Shown here: piece by piece, positions 10,728 through 20,393 of the stretch | Layout: each line of letters opens with the position of its first letter | Numbering within the stretch: position 1 is the stretch's first letter | Source of the DNA: an uncultured Methanoregulaceae archaeon | Lineage (GTDB): Archaea; Halobacteriota; Methanomicrobia; Methanomicrobiales; Methanospirillaceae | DNA length: 64,000 bases | Assembly (NCBI GenBank): GCA_963841015.1 | Contig: CAWJAX010000003.1 | Span: 448,001-512,000 of the forward strand | Direction of reading: 5' to 3' | Notes under the pieces: generated by a model | The model's input: the letters and a program-made list of their open reading frames with translations, nothing else | What the model was told of the DNA's origin: nothing | Database searches by the model: none | Translations under genes and position numbers: made by a program

Positions 10728-12117
10728 CCTTGCCACATTCCCTGAGCCGCCATTTCCCTTCAGTGACCCATTCAGCAGAAAGCCCCTGTGACCGTTGCCA
10801 TTGTTCAAGACGGCTTCGCCAGCTCTCCCAGAGATCCGGATACTCCTCTTCAATAATATGGATCAATGCCATATCGCTTGACGGGCACATGAAACATCCG
10901 ATCCGGTCCAGGTGATGCTCGTACAGGACGTTGTACGGCGCATGCTCCCGCATGAGATACAGCCAGACATGCAACGCTGTCCAGTTATGGATCGGGGCGG
11001 CCGAGAGCTGGGCTCGGACGTTTGAGTTTCGCCAGACACGATCGCTCTGCGCACGCGCAGCTGACTCATATCTTCTCTGACCGATAAAAGAAAGACATTC
11101 ACCCCACTGTTTGCGAATGAGGTTCGCCACCGGAGTCAGCTTGCAGACCCTGCAGCACCACCGGGCGTTCACTGCAGGGGGGCCCTGTCGCTCAAAATTT
11201 TCCCAGAATTGTGTTTCCCCATCCGTACGAATCAGGTCAAGCCCGTAATACCGCGATGCTTCTTCCACATTGGCATAGGTTTCGGGAAATTCCATACCGG
11301 TATCGGCAAAGAGCAGCGGGACCCTGCCGATGGCTTTTATCACTACCAGCAGTGTGGCGAGGCTGTCCTTTCCGCCGGAGTACGAGATGTTTGCCACGAG
11401 ATGCGGGTTCTTTTCAGCAACTTCCCGTACGAATTCAAGGGATGAGGATTCTGCATTTTCAAGAGCGTCAGCGTTTGCAGTTACTGCTGCTCCCCAGCTA
11501 GCCGCACCGGGCACAACAAATGAAGATACATTCCTGCGGGTCCTGACAATCGATCCTTTTTTCATCTGCCGGGCAGTTGCTGCGTCCACTTTTGCCCGCC
11601 CTACACCTACCGGTGAGCCATCTTTTGCAAGTATGAATACTTCGTCTCCGGCACCTACTGCATCATCGATAAAAACCAGCCCGGGCGCAAGAACACTCAT
11701 TCCCTGGTCCCTGATGAAGGGAATTGCATCATCATCAACGATAACGAACCGTTTCTGAGGGGTGAACAGGATACATGCCTCTGGGCGGGGGATGGGTTCC
11801 CAGCGCCGTTGTTTGGGGAGATACCGGATGATCCCGGCGACTCCTCCCCCGACAACAATCTCTTCCATCCGGTCATGATCCGGAACTTTATTCAGGAGTG
11901 CAAGGTGACCATCAGGTATCAGCGCTGCACCGAAATGATCTTCATAAATCCGGTTGATGAGTGCAATGTCTGCCGGAAATGCCGGACGGGCATCGCCCGG
12001 GGGGGTTACCGGTACCTCCCGGGTCTTTTCTCCGCAGGTACAGCAGGGTGCAAGAACCGGGGTGTGGCACTGATCACACCAGCGTAAAAGGATCTTCCCC
12101 AGATAGGACGGACGCAT
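10705..12117 (-). CDS. PAPS-reductase-family protein with PUA domain
   Basis: PUA-like APG..VGAGDEV; PP-loop SYSGGKDS; WCCRVCK; RIGCFMCP. Confidence 0.88.
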   Translation of the reverse strand: MRPSYLGKILLRWCDQCHTPVLAPCCTCGEKTREVPVTPPGDARPAFPADIALINRIYEDHFGAALIPDGHLALLNKVPDHDRMEEIVVGGGVAGIIRYLPKQRRWEPIPRPEACILFTPQKRFVIVDDDAIPFIRDQGMSVLAPGLVFIDDAVGAGDEVFILAKDGSPVGVGRAKVDAATARQMKKGSIVRTRRNVSSFVVPGAASWGAAVTANADALENAESSSLEFVREVAEKNPHLVANISYSGGKDSLATLLVVIKAIGRVPLLFADTGMEFPETYANVEEASRYYGLDLIRTDGETQFWENFERQGPPAVNARWCCRVCKLTPVANLIRKQWGECLSFIGQRRYESAARAQSDRVWRNSNVRAQLSAAPIHNWTALHVWLYLMREHAPYNVLYEHHLDRIGCFMCPSSDMALIHIIEEEYPDLWESWRSRLEQWQRSQGLSAEWVTEGKWRLRECGKDDEDSHY

Positions 12118-12292
12118 CTCTTCTATTCATTCGCTCCGCGGGGATAAAAATGGGAGGGAAAGGGATACGCGTGAAGAAAGAAACGTTCGAAATTTTTCTG
12201 CTGATTCTTTTTTATGGATTCGTAGTTGATCATAACACAACCCGGAGCGGGAGGATTGATAAACAGGAATCTTCCACACTGTACTGTAGTAC

Positions 12293-12553
12293 ATGATAGA
12301 CTCCTGGCTTTTTGCAGCACTCTGCCTTATCTTCCTGTCAATCTGCGCTATCCTGATGATCATTCACGGGCCGACCCGCGATGACCGGCTCATTGCAGTG
12401 AATACAGCAATTACTATCGCTGCCGGAGCAGCAATAGCACTCAGTATTTCCCTGGGAAACCTGTTCGTACTGGATGTTTCAATCCTCCTTGTTGTACTTG
12501 GTTACGCAGGAACAATTGCCATTGCACGGTCAAAGAGAGGTGAAGAAGTATGA
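12293..12553 (+). CDS. Mrp/Mnh antiporter subunit F-like membrane protein
   Basis: GPTRDDRLIAVN (cf. MrpF GPTxxDR), 3 TM helices, LGYAGTIAIAR. Confidence 0.75.
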   Translation: MIDSWLFAALCLIFLSICAILMIIHGPTRDDRLIAVNTAITIAAGAAIALSISLGNLFVLDVSILLVVLGYAGTIAIARSKRGEEV

Positions 12554-12906
12554 GCGCTCCTGGTATTGATGCAGCAATTTTTATCCTCCTTATCATCAGT
12601 GTCGGTTTTAGCTGGATTGGTTTGATAGGTCTCTTTCTCTTTCCCGATATTCGCAGCAGGATGTATACCGCATTCAGGGCAACAGTGATCAGCTTCAGCG
12701 CGATTATTCTATCCGTAATTATCTATGCTCTCTTTACCTTCAATTCAAGCGGGGGGGATCAGTATATCGCTCTGATTCTCCACTCCATGGTTCTCCTGTT
12801 CATCATCGCGGTGGCAAATGGTGTGGTATACAAGACTATTCTCGACCGGACAAAATCGGTACCATTCTGCCAACCAGCCACGGAACAAAACGAAGACAAC
12901 AAGTAG
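12550..12906 (+). CDS. Mrp/Mnh antiporter subunit G-like membrane protein
   Basis: IGLIGLFLFPDIRSRMYTA (cf. MrpG GxxRFPDxYxRxHA); ATGA overlap with subunit F gene. Confidence 0.7.
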   Translation: MSAPGIDAAIFILLIISVGFSWIGLIGLFLFPDIRSRMYTAFRATVISFSAIILSVIIYALFTFNSSGGDQYIALILHSMVLLFIIAVANGVVYKTILDRTKSVPFCQPATEQNEDNK

Positions 12907-13229
12907 ATTCATTTTTTTTCAAATTCCTTGAGAACAAGATAATTACAGCTACCAGCGCATCCGTCCTTCTGACCCTAAATAATCCGACGAGAGATTTTTT
13001 ATTCGTTATAAAATTGGTTTTTTTGAAATCAGAGCGAAATTTAAAGGATTGCGCATTTTGAGAGATATTACTTTTAAAAACCGCCATTGTTCAGATACTG
13101 CCATTTTACTGTGCTATAAGTGACATTAACTAGGGATTCTATGCACTAAAACGACGTTGCGACCAAAATATTTATTAATTCGTAGATTAAAGAAATTTAT
13201 AACCCTTTCCGGTAGGAGGTGGAATACAC

Positions 13230-13310
13230 ATGGCAGCAGCAAAGAAAGCAGCGGCAAAGAAGCCGGAAGCGAAAAAGCCAGCCAAGAAGGCGGCAGGCAA
13301 GAAGAAATAA
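13230..13310 (+). CDS. 26-aa Lys/Ala-rich histone-H1-like micropeptide MAAAKKAAAKKPEAKKPAKKAAGKKK
   Basis: ATG..TAA; GGAGGT RBS at 13215-13220; TATA-like boxes upstream; T-run after stop; below ORF-track cut-off. Confidence 0.75.
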   Translation: MAAAKKAAAKKPEAKKPAKKAAGKKK

Positions 13311-13323
13311 TCTTCACATAACA

Positions 13324-14844
13324 CTAAGACTTTTTTGAAGTGATTTTTTGCGAGAATTTTTGTTTTATTCCGGATAAGGCATCTGGTGTTGATCTTCTCT
13401 CAAAGGCTAAAATGCAATCCGGGCACAAACCAAGAGTATATTCCAGCCCCGGTATTCTGGTCAGGTACCTCCGGCTCATTTTATGAACCGACAAATCCCC
13501 GTCCAATGAGCTGATTTCTTTGAATGTCTGGCATTTTGTGTCCCGGTTCCGGGTATCAGAAAATGCTGGCATTTACCGGGAGATCCTGATAATTGTCTGG
13601 TATGCTTAGTTTCTGATTCCCCACGCTTGTGGTAAGGCAGATTCATTATCTGAGCAGGTCACCTTCAGATTCACCATGATTGAAAACGGGTATCGCTAAA
13701 ACAAGGATCCTAATGCCAGTTCCCTTCCCTTTGTTGATTGCCAGCATCTTATCCCTTGAGACGCACGGAAGCCTGATGCTCGGGGTCAGGGAAATCACCC
13801 GCATGAATAAAATCTGTTATTAACCTGCCACGAATCTCCCGGGGAAGATATCCCAGTACCTCTGCAATCCCTTCATGTACCTGAAGTACCCGGAAATTAC
13901 GGTCAAGCACCCATATGCTTTCCTGCGCCGTTTCCACGATGTGGTGACAATTTTCTTCACTTACCCGCAGTTTCTGCTCTTTTTTGTTCAGCTCATCGTA
14001 ATTTTGCCGCAGCTCCTCTTCAGTTGCAGCAATCTGTTCATACGCTGCCTGGAGTTCGCCATTGATTATGCGCATTTTTTCTTCAGAACGTTTGGTTTCC
14101 GTGATATCGCGACCAACGGACTGGTATTCGATCAGTCTTCCCTGATTATTAAAAATTGCCCGATCGCTCCAGCGCTGCCAGCGAATCTCCCCATCAACCA
14201 TGATGATCTGATGGTCTATGGAGGCAATCGGGTTTTCCTTTGTCAGGGAGAGAAAATGTTTCCTGACACGGTCCTGATCCTCTTTGGGGACAGAAGGCCT
14301 GAACCGGTTCCCAAGAAGCTCCTCCTTTTTTTTATTGAAATACCGACAGTATGCCTCATTTGCAAATACGTGGGTATAATCAGGAAGAAACCGTGAGATA
14401 AATTCTGTCTGGTCTTCGACAACATTGCGGTAATGTGTTTCACTCTCCAGCAATGCTTTCTCTGCCTGCCTGCGACGGACGGCAGCAGTAATTTTATGTC
14501 CGAGTTCCAGGAACTGCGGAGTTGGTTTCCCGCCTTTCTGGAGGTAAAAATCAGCGCCGTTATCAAATGCTTCTATCACAACCTCTTCCCGGCCTTTGCC
14601 GGTAAATATGATGAAAGGGAGATCAGGAAATTCAGCACGGATCGCTTTTAAGAAGGTAATTCCATCCATATCCGGCATCTGGTAATCGGAAACAATCGCT
14701 TCAAAGGATGTTGATTTTAGTAACCTTAAAGCATCACGGGCCGACGTCAACGTATCAACCCGGAACTGGCCGGATTTTTCTAAAAAAAGTTTGCCGAGTT
14801 CAAGCAGACTCCTCTTCATCATCTACATAAAGTACGGATATCAT
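13324..14844 (-). pseudogene. REC-PAS-PAS signalling protein with decayed C-terminus
   Basis: MISVLYVDDE start at 14844 with 1-nt insertion near 14812; SDYQMPDMDG REC; PAS; stop at 13749 mid second PAS; out-of-frame PAS remnant and ..LGLCPDC motif downstream. Confidence 0.65.
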
Positions 14845-15080
14845 AGTCGTTTTCCTGTACGTCAATGGGAGAGATTATATGGAAAGATTAATATTCATCT
14901 GCAACTATTTTCAACAAAGGATCTGACTCAGATAATCTCCATAATCTTCTTTCATGAGTTTCATATCCTTGAATGAAATTTGTCGAGCTCGTCATTTATT
15001 TATCACGGGGATTCAGATTATCCGCTGCGATTAACATTCACCGGCAAAATGAATGTTTCTTTTGTCCCTGAATTGATCTC

Positions 15081-16019
15081 ATGGATTCTTTCAACAGCTC
15101 CGGCTATTACCGCCACCGGCATTTTGTATCGGACATCAGGGATACTCTCTTTTTGAGAATTCGCGACTATGGAGAGTTCCTGCTGTACAGTTCACTCTTC
15201 CTGGGTTCAGCTGCAGTCGGTATGGCTTATACTTCCTGCTTTATCCAGGGTATAACCTGGTCAGGCAACATCGCTGCCGTAATGTTCCTGATTGTATTCT
15301 CTGTGTATAATTTAAACCGGAAAACGGATGAAGCGGAAGACAGTCTTAACCATGAACGGCGTTTCCGTATAACCAAAAAATTCGAACGCCACTTTTTTAT
15401 TGCTGCACTTGGCGCATACATCATTGCACTCACCATTGCCGCATTTCACGGAATTGCCGCAGTCAGCGTGGTTATGATACCTCTCGTAAGTGGCATATTC
15501 TACAGCGTTCCTGTACTCCCGAAGGGGTGTGGATACCGGCGTTTAAAAGAAATTCCGGTGATGAAAAACTTCGTGGTCTCAATCTCATGGGCACTCGCGT
15601 TTTCGCTGGTGCCGGTGTATCTGGGTGCTTCTGAACCGGGTGCAGCATCCGGGGTTGTATTCCTGTTCATCTTCTGCTGGACATTTATTGCTTCCGTTCT
15701 TCCCGACATACGGGACCGGAGCGGAGATTCTGCAACCGGTGTCGCAACCATTCCGGTTCTTTTGGGAGTTGCACGAACCCGCGGCATCCTTACGATAATA
15801 AATTTTTCAGCGGGAGCCATTATCCTGCTCCTGGGAAGCCCCATTATTCCGATGCCGGCAATTGCCGTTATCCTCATTTCTCTTGTGTATTCCCAGATTT
15901 GCATCATTTCTATCGATCGAACAACCATGAATGATCTTCTCTGTGATGTCATTTCTGATGGCCAATTCCTGACTATTGGGGGGTTATGTCTCCTGATCAC
16001 ATCATTGTCTTACCTGTAA
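15081..16019 (+). CDS. UbiA-family prenyltransferase
   Basis: YNLNRKTDEAED..N, RLKEIPVMKN, DIRDRSGD...GVATIPV motifs; multi-TM. Confidence 0.88.
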   Translation: MDSFNSSGYYRHRHFVSDIRDTLFLRIRDYGEFLLYSSLFLGSAAVGMAYTSCFIQGITWSGNIAAVMFLIVFSVYNLNRKTDEAEDSLNHERRFRITKKFERHFFIAALGAYIIALTIAAFHGIAAVSVVMIPLVSGIFYSVPVLPKGCGYRRLKEIPVMKNFVVSISWALAFSLVPVYLGASEPGAASGVVFLFIFCWTFIASVLPDIRDRSGDSATGVATIPVLLGVARTRGILTIINFSAGAIILLLGSPIIPMPAIAVILISLVYSQICIISIDRTTMNDLLCDVISDGQFLTIGGLCLLITSLSYL

Positions 16020-16094
16020 CCCAAAAATAACATCAATTTTCCACGCTCATGAGATTACTTAGGCAGACCTGAGGGAGTCATAAACGAACAAAAT

Positions 16095-16959
16095 ATGTAC
16101 ATCTCAGAGATAATGTATTGCAGTATGGATACCCTCAAAATTTATGAGCACCATAAACAACCGATCCATTCCCTATACAGTTCACGGCTGAAGATTCAGA
16201 TTCTGCTTACCTTACTCCACAATAAAGCATCCCTCGACCGGCTGCGTGAGGTCACCGGCAGCACGTCCCAGGCATTAATTCCCAAGATCCGTAACCTGGA
16301 AAAACAGGGACTTATTGAAGCGGTGAATTACGAGTACTGCCTTACTCCGCTTGGGGGGGTGGTTGCAGAGAATGTTGATGGGTTTGTCCAGCTCATCGGA
16401 GGGATCAGCCAGCATCATACATTCTTTAAAGACCATGATCTTACCGATCTTCCGGTGACCTTTCTTTCCCGGATCGGGGACCTGTATCATTCAGAACCTA
16501 AACATGATACAACGACCGATATGTTTTATGTTTATTCCCACTATCTCGAGATCCTGAAAGACGCCACGTTTATCCACGGGATTTCCTCGGTAGCAAGTCC
16601 AGGACTTGCCCAATTCATTGCAGAAAAAGTGGTCACCGGTATTCCGGTCGAACTTGTTGTAAATAATGAAGTTATCGGACTTTTAACAAAAGAGCCCTAT
16701 GCATCAAATATGCAGGCCCTTTTGGGGCATCCCAATTTTTCGGTCTGGGTAACCGGCGAGAGACTTCGTGTCGGGCTGACCGTCACCGATAAATACCTCT
16801 CACTGGGCCTTTTCAAGAAGGATTCCCACCTCTACGACAGTTCGTCTGATCTCTTCAGCAGCGATCTCCGTGCAGTTGAATGGGGAGAGGACCTTTTCCG
16901 GGTACTATAAAGAGCGTTCAATCAAGCTTGACATTGCCACATTATTCGAAGAAAAATAA
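16095..16959 (+). CDS. wHTH transcriptional regulator with methanogen DUF1724-type C-terminal domain; extra G near 16900
   Basis: SSRLKIQILLTL HTH; LTVTDKYLSLGLF..YD; removing one G gives WGEDLFRYYKERS..EEK*. Confidence 0.8.
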
Positions 16960-17039
16960 ACAAACCGGTTTTTCCCGGAATTATGAGTATTCCCGATTAA
17001 TATTCCCAATTTTTTTTAAAAGATTTTTTTTGATTTTGC

Positions 17040-17483
17040 TGCTCTGTAGAAACGAGCATGAACTGATCGGGTTCACACTCAAACCATGAAAATCTTATTT
17101 TATACGAAGGACTCCCGCATCAGGGCCTCTCCGAGGCACGGCGGGGCAGGGAGTTTTTTTTTAAATTTTTTGGTCATCGATCCGCCACGGGGGCGCCCCT
17201 TCGGGGGTGGCGGCATTCATCCTACCAGATGGATAGAGTGATAATAATTTCCGCATCATATCTGAATAATACAATTTTCATGGGAAATGCTCAATTACAT
17301 GCTAAACGCTCAAAGGGGTTTCACTCCCACCGCTGTGGCTCCCCCGATGCGATAACTCCCGATCAAGTGCTACGTCATCATCGCTCAGCGCAGGGGCGGC
17401 ATGGGCGGACAGGCACTGTCCCCTCCTTCATCCGTACCAGCATCTTGAATTTCATATCAAGGGAAAAGGAATTCTACAGAGTC
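17040..17483 (+). mobile_element. MITE family 1, full-length copy (444 bp) with 8-bp TSD
   Basis: Ends TGCTCTGTAGAA...TTCTACAGAGTC (10-bp perfect IR); direct repeat GATTTTGC at 17032-17039 and 17484-17491; homologous copies elsewhere. Confidence 0.85.
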
Positions 17484-17535
17484 GATTTTGCAGTATTTTT
17501 TTCCAGACACAGGGGAGTATCGTTGGGAATAAAAA

Positions 17536-19113
17536 TTACTCCTGCGAAAAAGTGGAGTTTTTTTTCCTGAATATCAGTACTTTACTATTTTCAAAAATTA
17601 AACGGTGATCATCAGAATTGGCAAATGATGAAATAATATATCCATTTTCAGGATTTTTGATGATATACACATGCGAATATCTGAAATTATAATTATTGGA
17701 AACATTCTCAAAACAGAAGGTATCTTCACAATTGCTTAATTCAAGGTCAGCTAACCATAACTGAGGCTTATTTGACCATTCATTTCCGTAAAATATATTG
17801 AGAGTTTTTCTGTGGGTTATAGCAGGAAACCAGTCTCCGATCCAAAACTGGTTTTTCTGTTCACTTGCAATAACATCTTTTACGATAAAAGTACTGGTAT
17901 TTTCAGTATTTTGTTGTATCCAGTACATAGCTTCGAAATGTCCTTTTTCGTCATCTTTCAGGGAAGAATACCTGGATTCAAAAAAATCCCGGTTTTGAAT
18001 GTAACTGCCTCCAAGAATCAGGACTACTAACAGAATAGTAAAAAATAATGGTAAAAGAGTTTTTTCTGGTGTTTCAGCATTCAGGGTAAACTTCAGAGCG
18101 GGAAATATCACTTTCATCAATCCAACAGAAAAAAGGATGATTACCAATATCAGAGGTATAATCACCACTCCATACCCCCCGCTTATTACCAATAAAACGA
18201 ATAAAACAGGTAAAAAAAATTCTTTTTTGGCGAGGTAATAAAAAAGGCCAAGTAAGCAGATTAATATTAAAGATAACTGATAATTATAAAAGTTAGTTAA
18301 ATAAATATTTATAAATATATTGAATACTGCAGTTGGTTGTCGTACCATAAACCCATTTATCAGAACATCAATTCCATGATTCCGGATAACGGTAAACCAC
18401 CAGGGAGAGCTGATTAACGTCGCGATAATCACAATAAACGCAACATCGAACACCGTTTTTTTCCGGGGATTGAGTAATGCAACGGCAAACAGGACCAGGG
18501 CATATGCAAAGGCACACCGGGGACTCGATACTATTAACAATCCAAAAAGAATTCCTATAAAAAAAATGAATGTATCATTCTTAAATTTCATCCATCGGAG
18601 AACAAGAATCAGACCAATAATAAAAAATAACGTACCAACACCATGAACGAGAAAGAGTCCCTGCGCAGAATAAGAAATCAGCGGGAGGTATAAAGCAAAA
18701 ATCAGTGTACTTATGAGGATTAAGGATTTTTCAGTGAATAATTCTTTTACTAAAAAATAAAACGCGAATATGCATACTATGCTGATTATCACAGGAATGT
18801 AAATAACAAGAGTCAATAACGGGACGGGGAACAGGGTGCTGCTCAATGCTAATACATAAAATATTAACGGGGGGTACGCAAAAGGGATTCCAGTTTCTGT
18901 ATAAAATGGAATATATGCCGGGTATGAAAAATTATTCTGAACAATAATTTCTGAAAAAAACAGATACAGTCCACCGTTATTGAGGGGGAGATTTGAGGAA
19001 AATCCCATAAATATATGGGGTAATAATCTTAAAAAAATCCCCAAAATTATGGAAGTTATAAGAACAAAATTAAAAAAAAATTTCGTTTGTATGAATGAAT
19101 AAAAATCTTTCAT
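17536..19113 (-). CDS. AT-rich polytopic membrane protein, GT-C (PMT/ArnT-like) glycosyltransferase-like
   Basis: Many TM helices; GIFLRL, GIPFAYPPL loop, SSPWW, C-terminal AMYWIQQNT..S.F soluble domain. Confidence 0.65.
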   Translation of the reverse strand: MKDFYSFIQTKFFFNFVLITSIILGIFLRLLPHIFMGFSSNLPLNNGGLYLFFSEIIVQNNFSYPAYIPFYTETGIPFAYPPLIFYVLALSSTLFPVPLLTLVIYIPVIISIVCIFAFYFLVKELFTEKSLILISTLIFALYLPLISYSAQGLFLVHGVGTLFFIIGLILVLRWMKFKNDTFIFFIGILFGLLIVSSPRCAFAYALVLFAVALLNPRKKTVFDVAFIVIIATLISSPWWFTVIRNHGIDVLINGFMVRQPTAVFNIFINIYLTNFYNYQLSLILICLLGLFYYLAKKEFFLPVLFVLLVISGGYGVVIIPLILVIILFSVGLMKVIFPALKFTLNAETPEKTLLPLFFTILLVVLILGGSYIQNRDFFESRYSSLKDDEKGHFEAMYWIQQNTENTSTFIVKDVIASEQKNQFWIGDWFPAITHRKTLNIFYGNEWSNKPQLWLADLELSNCEDTFCFENVSNNYNFRYSHVYIIKNPENGYIISSFANSDDHRLIFENSKVLIFRKKNSTFSQE

Positions 19114-19456
19114 ATCTGTTCCATCTCTTTTTTTATGTAAAACTTACCTGCCGGAGGGGAAAATTTCAATAATTTTTTTATGGTTTAATCTGCGAAATTT
19201 TTAATAATTATACCGAACAACCGAAGGGAAAATTTTACTCCTTCTTTTTTTTCACTTGTATATACAGTAAGTTTCCTGATACGAATATGTTATGGAGAAG
19301 ATCAGACAATTCAATAAAGAAATTATGAGGAATAATTAAACGTAATTCTTTTGACATGACAGTAATGTTTGCTCCATCAGCAAAAGGAATGCATCCAGAA
19401 AATTCCTGAAATAAGATTAAGATTTAAAAGTAAGCTCCTAAAAAAGCAAGGCAGAG

Positions 19457-19528
19457 TGCGCCGACCGGGACTCGAACCCGGGTTTAGGCGTTGGCAACGC
19501 CTAGTGATAACCACTACACTATCGGCGC
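19457..19528 (-). tRNA. tRNA-Gly(GCC), no intron, CCA not encoded
   Basis: GCGCCGA acceptor stem, anticodon arm AGGCG-TTGCCAA-CGCCT, GGTTCGAGTCC T-arm, 72 nt. Confidence 0.97.
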
Positions 19529-19764
19529 AGATGTGCTCTAAAGTGTGAGCATTCAAACAATTTAAGGATATCGAACCCTTGGGCTCCGTCAGATATTCTT
19601 CCTTTGTCTCCTTCATACCATCATTTGTTCGGAAATGGCGGTCTGATCCTTCCATGATAACTGGTATTTCCGTAAGGATTCAAACCTGCACCTTGTGGTA
19701 AAGCAGGGAAAAATACACAACTATTCCAACATCTTAAAGTAACGCAATAGCCCTATCTATTACC

Positions 19765-20393
19765 TTGATGATCCCGCTCTTTGTGGATTGTTCGGACAGA
19801 CGCATTATTATATTCGGAGGAGGGGAGGTCGCATCCCGAAAAGCTGCGTATTTTTCCCGTGAGGCCGAGGTTCTGGTGATAAGCCGTTCATTCTCACACA
19901 AGATAAGCATCCTTCCGGTAAAACGCCGGATGCTGGACGCGGGAAAGGTTTCTGATGAGGAACTCAGGGAGATTGTTGACGGGGCCTTTCTGGTTGTCGG
20001 GGCATTATCAGATCCTGCCCAGAATAATCGGATTAAAAATCTCTGCGGGGCACAGGATATCCTGTTCAATAACGCGGATGGTGAAGCAGGAGATGTGATT
20101 ATTCCCTCGGTAACCAGGGGGGAAAATTACCAGATTGCGATCAGTACGGGGGGAACAGCCCGGCAGTATCCCGGTTTATACGGGAACACCTCGAATCAGA
20201 GTTCCCTGCCCTTGATGACATGATAGCATTGCAGCGTGACCTGCGGGCGCAGCTGAAACAGACTGTATCTTCCCAGTCCCGGCGGAATGCGATTCTGCGG
20301 GAAGTGTTACAGGATCGTGAGATCTGGAAAACCCTGAAAACTGATCCTGTACGGGCTTGCCAGCAGGCAAAAGAGAGGTACCTGCATGAATGA
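19765..20393 (+). CDS. sirC: Precorrin-2 dehydrogenase (SirC/CysG N-terminal type); 1-nt deletion near 20150
   Basis: IFGGGEVASRKA Rossmann motif; IAISTGG continues out of frame as NSPAVSRFIREHLE..ERYLHE* overlapping the hemA start. Confidence 0.85.

Noticed and set aside
10705-12117. PAPS reductase as evidence for assimilatory sulfate reduction linked to the sulfatase
   Set aside because: PUA-PAPS-reductase-family proteins next to hisH are ordinary archaeal genes of uncertain activity; no ATP sulfurylase or APS kinase here
13749-13751. Sec/Pyl stop-codon read-through
   Set aside because: The stop is TAA and the downstream homology is out of frame
17229-17570. ORF family MDRVIIIS../MGNAQL.. 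(also 30328-30669, 35456-35776, 44064-44279)
   Set aside because: The similarity comes from the MITE; frames, starts and stops are not conserved among copies
19440-19528. Prophage/ICE integrated at tRNA-Gly
   Set aside because: No integrase and no duplicate of the tRNA 3' end found in the window
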